A stretch of 64,000 bases of DNA, taken from Phoronis australis. Its lineage: Eukaryota; Animalia; Phoronida. Below the pieces are notes generated by a model that saw only the letters and a program-made list of their open reading frames with translations, was not told where the DNA came from and did no database searches. Shown here one piece after another: positions 34,601 to 46,060 of this stretch (positions are counted from its first letter, which is position 1; the number at the start of each line of letters is the position of its first letter). The stretch is taken from positions 443,997 to 507,996 of the forward strand of contig NMRA01000323.1 in assembly GCA_002633005.1 (NCBI GenBank), written 5' to 3'. The position numbers and the translations under genes are program-made.

Positions 34601-37017
34601 TTGATAGTCTTTCCCGGTTCAACTCAACCAGCAGAAAAATCTCTGATTGTTTCATGATGACGACTTCCAGCTTATAGACCGATCAAATGTTTTAGTTTCA
34701 CTCTTTCACAGTGCTACGAAAGGTAGCACTGTGGAATGTTGTTTAACATACATGTATCTTCTCATTGGTTAAAGTAATGAAACCGACGTCATAACATTCA
34801 GTCATTCCCATTGGTTGAAATCTGGGAAACCCCTTTCAGTTTACTGTTTCGTAGTACGGTGACCACCTTTTAATTGAATAGTTGTAATTTAGTAAAACGG
34901 GCAGTGATCGAAGTAAACAAAATCACGGAAATCCCAATCCAGTGGCTTAAGCCCAAAAAAGCTCAGTGCATAGAATGAATGTGCAAGTGGTGGCGATGTG
35001 ATCGGTAAATTTCCGACCAAGCATGCGCATTGATGCAAACACACGGAAGTCCGTGTGTCGTTCATCATGTTTCCACAGGGCCACTTTTCAGTATAGGTGG
35101 CGCTGTGTCAGAGGGTAATGTCTCAACCGCTTGTCCCGGAGGAATCGACGAAGTCAAGTGGCGCGTGGCCACACGAAGGCAAGTTAGTTAATTTCAGTGT
35201 CAACGTTCGTCTCGACACAATAACAAACTGTTTTATAACGAACATACAGTACATTCATGACGTTGATGCTGGTAATGAAGCAGCCTTGGCGCAAAAATGT
35301 ATACTAAGTGTAAGAGCTTTGCGCCGATGTGGGGGTAAAGAAGTGTTAAGATAAAATCCGACACAATAGTGTCATTAAAAACTACAGTTTTCCTTGAGTA
35401 AACTAAAAACTTATAATAAAATGAAACCAGTTCCGATAATTTGTTGTGACGTGTACGCAACCTCGTGAAAGAACAGCAGTTGATTGAAGAGCCGGCGAAA
35501 AAAGAAACTGGCCAATAGGTGACGCAATCTTTCATGGCTCCGAAAGCCGTCGCTATTTAAAAGATCGCTCCACAACTTTAGCCGCAGAATAACGGTAGAA
35601 CGCCTTTTTTTCCAACACCGTTAAATAATTTAGTTTACTCAAGGAAAACTGTACGTTTTAATGACACTAATTTTTGTCAGATTTTATCTTACCACTTTTT
35701 TACCCACATCGGTGCAAAGCTATATAGTCCGGTTACCTATTGTCGTCAGGCTCCAAAGGTCGTCCGCCATCTTGTTTCGCGTGCAGCGCAACCACGCGGG
35801 ACTTAGCGTTCCAATTTGGAGTGCTCGTCTGCACGTTAGGTACTAACTTATCGGAAGAGACACGTATCAAAGTAATGAGACAAAAAACCACTTAAAAATC
35901 AGTAGATTTTACTAATACACTTTTTTGTGCGTTTTCAGAAGGTGTTTTCGAATTTAAATTTTCTTCCGACGGGACACAAAACATGATCCAGGGTTTGTTT
36001 ATGCAATGTATCTGTTTGTCCCAGGCACTAGTAGGATCTAGAAGGCCAAAGGAAAAATCCGCAGACAAATGCGATACGCTGGGTTCTTAACATTTTTGCC
36101 TCACGCATTCACCATTAAACTGCATTGAAATGTTGTCCAATTGGCTTTTATTGGAAACCACAGTGCAGAGCTCAACATCAAAGCTTCAAATCGAGTTTAT
36201 GTCAATAAAAACAGGCTGTTGCAATTTTCATTACTTCGTTGGCCTTTTTCTGCATGTTTCTCAGTTTTTACAAAAGGGGGCAGCACATGACGACCTTAGG
36301 TGTCACAATAAAATGGCTGCCGAAGGCAGTGCACATTTGAAATAACTCGGCACAAATTAAAGAAAACTTCCGAATCAATGAATGCGGTATATCTGTGAGA
36401 GTTAAATCGAATCCTATTCAGATCATAACTTTGAAGTGGAATAATTCGGTGAGTACAACAGCAAGTCGGTTTTATGCTTAGGCGGACGACCATTGGGTTC
36501 CCGAGTGTATTAGCAATAATTTTACCCGTCAGACATTCGCATCCCCGAACTGCCAAATAGAATCTGGGAGAATTTTAGGGGGGCATGGCCCCCTTGGCCC
36601 ACCTCTAAGTTCGCCACAGGTGATAACGAATTGTGATAGTGGGGTGATAAGGGAAGATGGAAAGAGTAAATTAGAAGGAAAATGGAACCTTACTATTAAT
36701 CCGGCGAATGTTCCAATGTAGAATAGTCTCAAGGTGTGTCTAGATTCTATAACGGATAGCGTGGACATCGAGGTCCCGATTAATATCTGAAAGGAGCTAA
36801 GACTCAAAATTAGCAGCGTTGTGTTGCTCGACCACACGCGGCTCACTTGAGGTTTCTGCGCCACGAGCTCAAACCAGCTTGTACCTTCATGTCTTGACGT
36901 TAGCGCCACAGTCATAAATGAACTAACTGTCTCAGATAATGTACCATCCTTTGTGGTGTCCTTTTTTGATCGTCTCCTTGTCTGCGGCGTCACTTTAGTT
37001 GGTCGGTGATGGCTCAT
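30599..37017 (-). CDS. MS4A/CD20-like four-transmembrane protein with long C-terminal tail, about 514 aa, 3 coding exons
   Basis: Exons 37017-36694, 32040-31861, 31639-30599 all join in phase 0 with canonical sites. Four hydrophobic segments with MS4A-like pattern: LSLSSFQILIG (TM1), YIGTFAGLI|FATVGLLGGGASK (TM2), CWGICLMFVSLFCCFVA (TM3), AMTGMCVAETLLSAASVFVC (TM4, conserved E). Family call is by pattern, not database search. Confidence 0.75.
31861..32040 (-). CDS. MS4A-like gene coding exon 2 (FATVGLLGGGASKYQTPCWG...YTNFSVE)
   Basis: cattAG / GTAACT, 180 nt open, phase 0-0. Confidence 0.8.
32659..32800 (+). pseudogene. Truncated THAP zinc-finger ORF (transposase N-terminus)
   Basis: MVWCIVPACANNEAARKAGISFFRFPREPIILRKWLAVK fits the THAP pattern M-x2-C-x-V-P-x-C...S-F-F-R-F-P...W; the second half (C-x2-H-F) is missing. 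Confidence 0.85.
33020..33340 (-). pseudogene. Decayed Cys-rich ORF resembling the P2X7 ballast-like / Kolobok accessory protein domain
   Basis: Manual translation: GYQFETEYT...NRLNDVSWCQ*AKCTIM*TTDACVCCPEIPQVKR / frameshift / MCLTDKPDFAPHLNRAVL; two stops and one frameshift. Confidence 0.75.
35315..35721. mobile_element. Foldback/MITE with about 95-bp imperfect inverted arms
   Basis: 35315-35408 is the reverse complement of about 35629-35721 (e.g. ACAGTTTTCCTTGAGTAAACTAAA). Confidence 0.75.
36694..37017 (-). CDS. MS4A-like gene coding exon 1 (MSHHRPTK...FYIGTFAGLI)
   Basis: Inside ORF 36529..37032; ttcAG acceptor 7 nt before AAAATG; GTAAGG donor. Confidence 0.75.
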
Positions 37018-37936
37018 TTTTATCCTGAACAAGCGCAGTCAGATCAACACTACAATGGTTGTAGCACTTACACGATTTAGCAGTGACAAAACACTCGAGG
37101 TCACGCGCAACAGCAGTGTATTATTGAAGAATGCGCGTGCACACAGGGGACATCCGCCTCATCTGCGACTTGTAAAGAAATCACGCAATATGGATTCGCA
37201 AGACATCGACATGGTGAGGTGCTACCCAAAAGTTGCGGTAATTGGGTACTATCAGAAAACGCAATTAATTGAGAAATTCGCTGTCTAACTCTCAGTTTTT
37301 TAATGTCAGTCACCCTTCGCAAATTTCTCTCTCTCTCCATTTCTGTCATTTTCCGCTATTGCTCAGCGACGACAACTGTGAAAAACCGTTGTAGGCCTAC
37401 TGTGTTTTTTCATGATCATGATGAATCATGGATACACGGCTATGACCAAGAATCTAAGCAACAGACGTCAATATGAAGTCACCTGGTTCACCGAAGGCCG
37501 AAAAATATTCAAAACCTCGCGAAGCCCCATATATTGCTTATTATACCAATTTGCACATGGAATTCGTTCCGGGACAAATTATTAATGGGGTCCAGATTTA
37601 CTGCGAAGTTTTGAGACGGCTTTGTGAGAAATTTCGTCGCAAAAGGCCAGCACAGTGGGAAACAATGACAACGCGCCTGCTCGCATATCGCACTTAGTCC
37701 AGAGGGTTCTTGGATTCTAAGGTCACCGGAAATGGAAAGAAAAACCTCAACGAGACAAAATTTTCAACCGCAAATTCGTTACCAGTTTACCTCCTTATGC
37801 ACGCGCTGTACATGTAACTGTATTTCATATTTGTATCCGACAGCTCGTTTATATATACGCCTGTAACCGGCAACTCAGGAAAGTATTCACGCGGCCGACA
37901 AAATATGTTGAGCGCGACGTAAACATATATCCACAC

Positions 37937-37990
37937 ATTATTATCACTATTATTATTATTATTACTATTACTATTATTATTACTATTACT
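37937..37990. repeat. (TTA/CTA)n microsatellite
   Basis: Direct reading. Confidence 0.85.
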
Positions 37991-40900
37991 TTATCCAGTA
38001 ACAGTAATTTCATTAAATGGCATTGTCCTCTGCCTTCAAAATGTCCACGGATGTGTCAAATGTAGCTTGTTGCTTACTGTTTCGCTCGGACAACATCAGC
38101 GCGCACCAGAGCTTTTGAACATTCCGGAGTCTCCTGTGATTTTGATCAACTTAGTTTGAACAGTCCATTACAACCAAGTTCTCAATCAAACTGCTAGCGA
38201 AAAACTCAGAAATTAAATAATACTTATATATGAGCAAATAGTGTAGTTAAATTGTTAATGAGATTTTTAAAAGTATTATCGCCAGTTGTTGTTCTAAACG
38301 CTACTAATACTGAAAACCTTGGCGGAGAACACGGCTCCGCGCAAGACGGTTACTTACATTTAGTTCACCGCGGGCCTTGAATGGCTGAAATTCGTGAGAC
38401 CAAGAAATTAAACAGATGACTGCGTCATGCTCTTGATACTAGAATAGTTCCCATCGTAGACATTCACTGGCAGATAATGAAACTGCACTTTCTTCTGCAC
38501 ACCTCTGCGTGAAGCGCCACCTTTCGGCCAATTTGCTTTTTTCCATCAATTCATCGCGGGTTTTTATTCTAAGGCAAAGGTTAACATTGACTGAAAAAAA
38601 TTTCACGTTAATATGTTTTGAGGTTAACAGTCGGTCGCGGCCCGGGGGTGACCGGGCAGTAAAAATCGAGCAAGGATGCTCGTTACTGCAATTCTGGTGA
38701 AAATCGCAGTTTTGAATTCGAAAACTTTGTTGTTTGTTTAAAATATCAACGTGCATGGATTTTTTCTCTTTTCTTTTACTGCTTTACAATTTTACTGCCT
38801 TCAAAATGAGGCCGATCGATGTAAGTTTGCTTCCAAAGCGAACTTATAACGCACGGTCAGTAGACGGCGGGTAGTTGCCTATACATATATATGTTGATCC
38901 AGGTTTCACGCTTGGGCGCAGAGGAAAATACACTTACGGATGTAGAAAACAAGTTTATTTCTTACCGGAGTAGGTCCTTTCGCTGGAATTTCTCGTACCT
39001 TCGTGATGAGTACATGTAAGTGCACTAATTTACGCTAGCTGCAGGAAGTGCGGCGATAAGAAACAAAAGGTGAGTCGAAAACAACTTAACAGAATAACAA
39101 CGGTTTTACGTTCAGATAGGGTATCAATGCCTTTTCAAGAATACCGTGACCGTCATTCAGGAATCGTTCTTGATTGAACTGATTCACGGAAATCAGGTAA
39201 CGGAAATAGTCGATGATTTTCTGATTTCGGCAGAGGTACAAAGTCGTGTTAAAAAGGTTGTAGTTTGATAACAGAAAAGAGGAAGCAACGTTAATCATTA
39301 TTTAAGTTGGTATTAATTTTAAAGAGTTTGAACTAGAATAGCCCTTGAGATAAGGTCGTTATCGTTGTGCACTCCGGCGAAGGAGAAATGGCAATGCTCT
39401 TTCAAAATGTCTTTTTAAGTGCCTGTAAAATGGCAATACATTGTGCGAATGCTTTAGGCATATTCAATAACTTGAATCGGTGAGAAAAATGGTTTTCTTG
39501 AGATCAACTCCCAGCACAGAATTTAACCTAGAGCCTTTCGGCCGCGGTCGCAGTCAAACGCTTTGTTGGCGGAGGTCAATTTCTGGAAATCGATGATCGG
39601 CAATGTAGTTTAAACATATATAACTGCTCAAATCACCGGACGTCACGGAACGTCTGGCGGACAAAGGCGAGACTTGGCCATTTGTAATAAAAAGTAAGGG
39701 GTTCCACCAAAACAATGACATGGGGATTTTGAAGCGTCATGATCGGTTTAAGGACCGAAAGGCGCATTTCTGGAATTATTGTTCTTTAGGATAGTTATCA
39801 GTTACTGTGAAGCTATAAAGCAGTGAAATCCGCTGTTTTTGTGATTTCATTAAAATCGACGATTCCTGGCGTTGGCTTCCAGCCACTCGATGGGATATGA
39901 AATCGAAGCAGGTGAGCTTAGCAGCCATAAATTTAAGCTACTTGTCACAAAAGTTATATTTTAGCTCTATTGGCAAAACACCCGGACCGCAACAACTGTC
40001 GTCGTGGCTTCAGGCCCAGTTCTTAGGGTTGTGAACATGTCGCAGAATAGTGCTGGCCGGCTGACCTAGGAATCGCTGTTATTTTTTGTGCTGTTTAATA
40101 CTTTTTTCTGACATCACTGTTCAAGTCAAAGCCAAATTGTTATTGATCGAGGCTCAGTGCGAATGAAATCTGTGAACATCTCGGCCCTAAAACCCTGTTA
40201 CCTGAACTGGCTGAAGAAACCATGCAGGGTTGGGGGCTGAAAAGTGAGGGGTCACAGCCTTACTCGGATCAGTTGACGCGCAACCTCAGTGCTCCGTCCA
40301 CCACTTTTGGTTTGAGAAATTGCTCTTTTTATTCATTTCCTATTATAAAAATCGACTAAAAGATTCGTGATGCCTTCGACAACGAGTACGTGGCATGTGC
40401 CAACTTGACAAATGAAAACGCGTATGCTTACACTTCGATCCTTATCTGGGTTTTAAAAAGTTGGGCAAGTCACGTTAGACAGCCCCAAAACTAAAACTCT
40501 CCTTAAACATGTAGTTTCACCGCTGGCTACTCCCCTTCACTGTTATAGTTTGATGTGGAAGATTGAAACACCTTCAACGTCTTGTCAAAATTCGATTATT
40601 TCCTTTTCACTGCAGTTGTAAATGAATTCTGTGCATAGATATGCGATACTAATACGGTTCATTGAAACTAGAACTAATATACTATGTCTGCGATTGAAAC
40701 GTGAAATTCAATCGAAGTTCAACAGTGCACTAATGCTGGTTGCAGACGACGCGTGAATCACTACCCGCTTACGAGACGGTGATTCTTGTGCTCACATCTA
40801 GCTAGCCCGCATGGTTCTGGTTTAAGCTGGATTTTACCCGTTCATCCTGAAGCAAAATGCGACTGAGGTGGCAAATCCTACTTGAGACGTTCGTCTAGGT

Positions 40901-42505
40901 CCGCTCAAATTACATATCGAGTTGCAGCTAGGATACTACGGTACGACCAGCTGAGTGTTGTTTGATCGCTCAAGCTGTATCCCGATCTCTCCCATGTTTC
41001 TTGACAATTAATGTCAACTTGAGTTACATCTTAGATTTTGTAGTGCCAATGGAAGCAGTAAACATTCTACACCGGCCAACTGTGACTGCTGTGTGTCACA
41101 ACGAAAAAAATCAATGATCGACGTATGGTTTTGATAGGACTTCGTACGGGATACATCTTCGCCGCACTTGAAAACGAGGAAATCGGTGCTGGTCTCGCCG
41201 TAACTTACTAGAGAGACAAGGTAAGCCTCAATTTCAAAGTAATTGTATCATGCGCGAGAGTGCGCATGCATTAATTGTACAGCGTCGATTGCAGTGCACA
41301 CCGCGTTCGTACGAATACAAATTCGTTGGCCTTCCATAACAAAGCGAATTTACACAGAGGCCCAGACTAATGCGCAAACAAGTTACCCGAACTCATTAGC
41401 AAGTCACAGGTTTGGAGTTCTGTAAACAACAACCAGATCCCAACAATCGTATGGTTGCAATCGGGAACTTCGCAAGCAAAGAATCCAATAGATCGTACAT
41501 TTGTTGTCCACATTGCGTGAAAATTAAAATGGTTTTGCTGTGAAGTCCATTATGTACTCTGCGAGGCCGAACATCTTGGTGAAATCCCATATGCAGTTCA
41601 CTGTTTGCCTTGTGCGAATCGGCTTTGCGGCTTGACAATATAACGTACCGCAAATTTCCGCTTCAATGGAGCCCCGGTCAAGTTGCCTACGGGCACTTCT
41701 GGTCAAACTAGTTCCCAATGTAAATGTTACAGGTCATCGCGCTTCATCTACAATGTTGACCAAAACATGGGCGCTGCAGCACTGAAATAAGTAGGGGCTA
41801 TAGGCCAACCCCCCTATGGTGCGCCGCCCAAAATTCCACTGTTGTGAAACTTGAAGCCGACAAAAAGAAATTAATTAAGTTGATGCACTGATCTGTGGTT
41901 CTTTCTCGACTTCGAGAAATAGTGTGATGAAGGGGAGGACAACGACTTAACAACAGCCTCGTTTCAGAGAGTTTCCAGCGCGCAGTCGGCTTCGTGCAAT
42001 CCGAAAATAAAGCCAAGTTCCTGATAGTTGACTTCCCTAATATTTGGAAAGTCGCGTGAGTTGACTTGCCTGGTACATGTAGGTTAAGTAAGGCGTCAGA
42101 AAATGTCCAAATTTGGCTAAATTTGGAATATCATATTTCATAAACGGCTGATGGGATTCGTACGAAACATTCGGACAACATGATTTATGTTACACATACA
42201 ATCTCATCAATATAGGACACAGTATGGACGGCAAGTGAAATTTTATCAAACAGTGAGGGCATTTTCGTGACGTCATCTTCAAAGTTTATATCAATAATCA
42301 AGTAAAGTTTGGTCATCTTCTTGAAACAATGATGGCTTTTCTAACAATGTAGGCTACCTTCCTTTTTGTAGTTTTCACCACAAAGATAGGATTACTGTAC
42401 GTGACACAATGATAGATTGGTAAAAAATATCAGATCACATTCTGCAGGCTTTTTACTACTGTCACCGAAAAAAAAACTTTAATTTTGAAGATACTTGGCG
42501 AAATG

Positions 42506-42666
42506 CGGAGGCGGATCCAGGATTTTGAGTTGGGGACAGGGCAGAGTATTAGCCAGAATTTTGCCCGTCGGACATTCGCACCCCCGAACTGCCAGATGGT
42601 AGATGGGCGAGTTTTAAAGTAGGTATGGCGGTCATGGCCCCATTGGCTCACCTAAATCCGCCACTG
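42506..42666. mobile_element. CAGTGGCGGAT-family MITE (short subfamily)
   Basis: GGCGGATCCAGG ... CCTAAATCCGCCACTG; flanks AAATG/AAACG; similar to 55888-56022 and about 36505-36620. Confidence 0.75.
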
Positions 42667-43468
42667 AAACGTATAGACAAGTGTACACTCTTTATGGAAA
42701 GGATTTGAAACAGCGCATACGCATTTACTACGAAGTAACTCCAGTTTACGGTAGAAGCCTGAGCGAGCTTATAAAGGTGTAGCCATTATCGGCCTACGAT
42801 CATCATGAAATTAAAGTCAAAAGTACAGGTAACAGTCTCTTCGTCCGATGCAACATGTTCAAATACTGTTCTAGTGCAGTAAAGCGCTTATCCCGAACAC
42901 CTCGGGTATTTTCGCAGCTGGGTAAAAAAGTGTCATAAAGTTTTACAAGTAACCGGAAATTTACGGTAGTTACATGTAGGATTTCCTCCTGAGAGTAGCA
43001 GCCTGAAACAGGTAATGTTTTGATTGCTTGACTGCAGCTGGACCGAGGCAACAACTCACCGTGGGATCTGATGCGCAAACAAAAACGGGCTCTAACAAAA
43101 GTTAAGTATGTAACCGGACACTCTACATTCTTTGCTATAGTGTCTTATGGTGACACTTGCCAGATTAGGCCCTGATGAATTTTCTAAGGAGTACGTTATT
43201 TTATGTTGTATTATACTGTAGAAACTTTCATACTGACGAAGTGCGAATTGAAAGGTATTTATATTGTGAAGCTTAGGTTGAACCTTGTGTACAGCGACGG
43301 ATCGAACTCATTGAGTCTTTGTATAGTGTTAACATTTTCTGTATACAACTGGTTTCAAAGTTGTTGTATTATAACGCAAGCCAAAAGTGTTTTGCCAGTT
43401 TGTGATTGCGTGTTTCGTTGCTTTACCACACGCGCATATGTTAACGTTCTAGAGATTTACATACTACA

Positions 43469-43604
43469 GGGCTAGGTTGCATAAAGCTTCAAAACTTTGA
43501 TTCTTGCACTACGTCAGATCCATTGTTCAACAGTAACAACGTGGCGTGTGATAATGCGACGTTATTGTTGCTATACGGCGAACAACTTTCATGCAACTGA
43601 GCCC
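43469..43604. mobile_element. Harbinger-like MITE
   Basis: GGGCTAGGTTGCATAAA ... TTCATGCAACTGAGCCC; second copy at 54239-54385. Confidence 0.7.
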
Positions 43605-43866
43605 TGGTTACATTGTGTTTTATCATCAAAATATAATCCAGAAAGAATTATTAGCAAGTCAATGTTGGTTACATAATGCAACCTTCTGAATCCAAGCTGT
43701 TTATCTCGTTTCTAGGAATTAGAGGTACTTTCGCTGACGGTGCAGCGACAAAAGAAGACCACGCACGACAATTTACAAATGCAGACAGTTTTGCAGGACG
43801 ATAGGTAACCGAAACACCAGCAATTAAATCACCATACCACTTTGGTATAGATTAGTTGTCGACATT

Positions 43867-44166
43867 CAGTGGCGGATCTAGGATACCATAAGGGGGAGGG
43901 GCAACATGTTGTCTCGGAGGGCAAAGCGCGATTGTATGTGCAGCACAGGCCCGAAGGTGCGGGAGCCGGGTATGTGAAGCTTCTGTTCGTAAAACCTACC
44001 GTTGGACTAAAAAAAGAAAAGAAAACGGGATGGCCGCGATCTGCGGTAACCCCCCTTGTCCGCGTCCTAGTTGCTTATTCAATATTTCATCGCGATCGCT
44101 TCACGCTGTTGCTGTTCCAGTTTTGCTTGCGGCAGCCCCCCTGGGCCATCCCTAAATCCACCTATG
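43867..44166. mobile_element. CAGTGGCGGAT-family MITE
   Basis: TIRs plus ACATT 5-bp TSD. Confidence 0.85.
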
Positions 44167-45927
44167 ACATTAAATCCTGCGCAAGTGAAAATATTAGAAT
44201 ACCAGAAATGCTCTTGAAATGTGGTGCGTGACATAGATTATACAGCTTACGAAAAGATCGGGTCTTAACCTTTCGAGGACTTAACCAAGATGACTTTGAG
44301 GAGCCACCTTCAGAGGCGACACTATGATGAGTTTTCGTTGGGGGGACGGTATCAAACGTTATTTGGCCAACATATTTTACATGCCCTATGTTGTGTGCTC
44401 AAACTGGACGTGCAAGTGTAAGAACTAAGATATGAGTCAAATCAATTTTGAAGAATGTTTTTGTTAGTTGTTTTAACTGATTGTCTACGATTGATAGTCT
44501 CGCTGTACTAGGTTCCAAAAAGTATGATGTTCAATAACAGATTTGGCTTTCAGTTCGTTGACTTTCTATGCTTACGGATTTGTTGGTTTAAGGTCCAATA
44601 CAAAAGCTTGCATGACATTTCCTGAGGCAAACTAGGCCTAAATGTTTGTTCGTCTGCCAACATTTTTTCACTGACCTGAGTTAGCAACAGTTCACTATCT
44701 TAGTCGCACTTCCTTTATAAGTCGCATTTCGGGATGTTATTTATCATGATCAAAGTGCAAATATTGCGTTCAGTTCACGTGGGAATGAAAATTGAACAGA
44801 AATTCGCAACTTCTTTTATTGTCCATTTTAATTGCCTTAGTTTTTCCTCGTGGAAAGCACAGCTGTGAGGTATCTTAGCAGCTAGGTTTTTAAGTTAGTT
44901 TCAATTCACTGTGGATGTAGCACCGCAGTGGCGGTGTAACACGGGTGTTACACTGACTTCGTGAATAACGTAAGGCCGCTTTAATGGCCTGCAACACTTA
45001 GCAATTTGTCTGCAACGCACCTGCAACTCTCTGCAACTGTTCGTCGCTGGGAGGGGTGGTTGCTGCAATTCTTGCGGTTCATTCGAAACACCTTGGGTAT
45101 TTTTCGCAGCCTCAAATTATATCTCGGAGCATCCGACATATGAAGGGTAATTTCGTAGCCTGATATCTTCCCTCGGAACATCCAGACTGACACCTCGGGT
45201 ATATTCTTAGCCTTATTATTGTTCTGTCGGAGTTGAGCCGTATATTATGTTTGTTTGCGAACTTCAGTTATACTACCAGCGTTAGTCTGAAAGTCGCATC
45301 AATTGCCGTATAACTGGAATTCGCACATGCCCAGATGTTTCCAACGGAAAATTTGGGGTGTTACGGATGTCCTCGACCGAGTTCGTTTTTTAAGCCTTAA
45401 ATTCATCTGGAATACCTTGGGGAGTTTTGTAGCCTCAAATTTCGCCTCTGTGGTGAATGTTATCTTCGCATATGCGAATCAGTCATGCTGCACGTCATGT
45501 GACGTTCACCTCAGAGGGGAAAATTGAGGCTGCTAAAGTACCCGAGGTATTCCGATTTCTCCGAGGGGAAATTAGAAGTTACAAAGATACACAAGGTCTT
45601 GCGAATAGGGCAACGAAAACTAAATCGGCGCAGTGCCATGTTTGTAAAATTTTCAAACAATGCAATAGCCAGCGAAATCAAATTATAATTGGTGTGCAGC
45701 GAAAACACGAATAAAAGGGGATTTAGTTTTGGTGCGAAAATTCCTGGTTTTGAGCACGCAAGGGTTTTATCGTTTTTGCTAACAAAATGAAACGTAATTT
45801 TTCGATTATTGTTCAATGGAACAGACTTCTTGAAGTTAATAGCTTTGACCAAAATTATGAAACAGCAAAATCCATTGCGTTTTTGTGATTTTATTACAAA
45901 TCGATTTTGATTTATGTCCGAATCTTA

Positions 45928-46060
45928 AAGACGGATCTAGGAAAGGGACAAGGGGGTCCGGTCCTCCCCTTTTCCCTTGATTTTAGTGATACCAATTTTC
46001 AAATTGCTGATTTGGAAGAAAAATCCAACACCCCTTTTAAAAATCCTAGATCCGCCCTTG
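45928..46060. mobile_element. Degenerate CAGTGGCGGAT-family MITE
   Basis: ACGGATCTAGGA ... TCCTAGATCCGCCCTTG inverted ends; no clear TSD. Confidence 0.6.

Noticed and set aside
37400-37760. Mariner-like transposase fragment (YCEVLRRLCEKFRRKRPAQW)
   Set aside because: Resembles a short piece of mariner transposase but is heavily decayed with no TIRs identified; at most an ordinary fossil, not listed as a feature.
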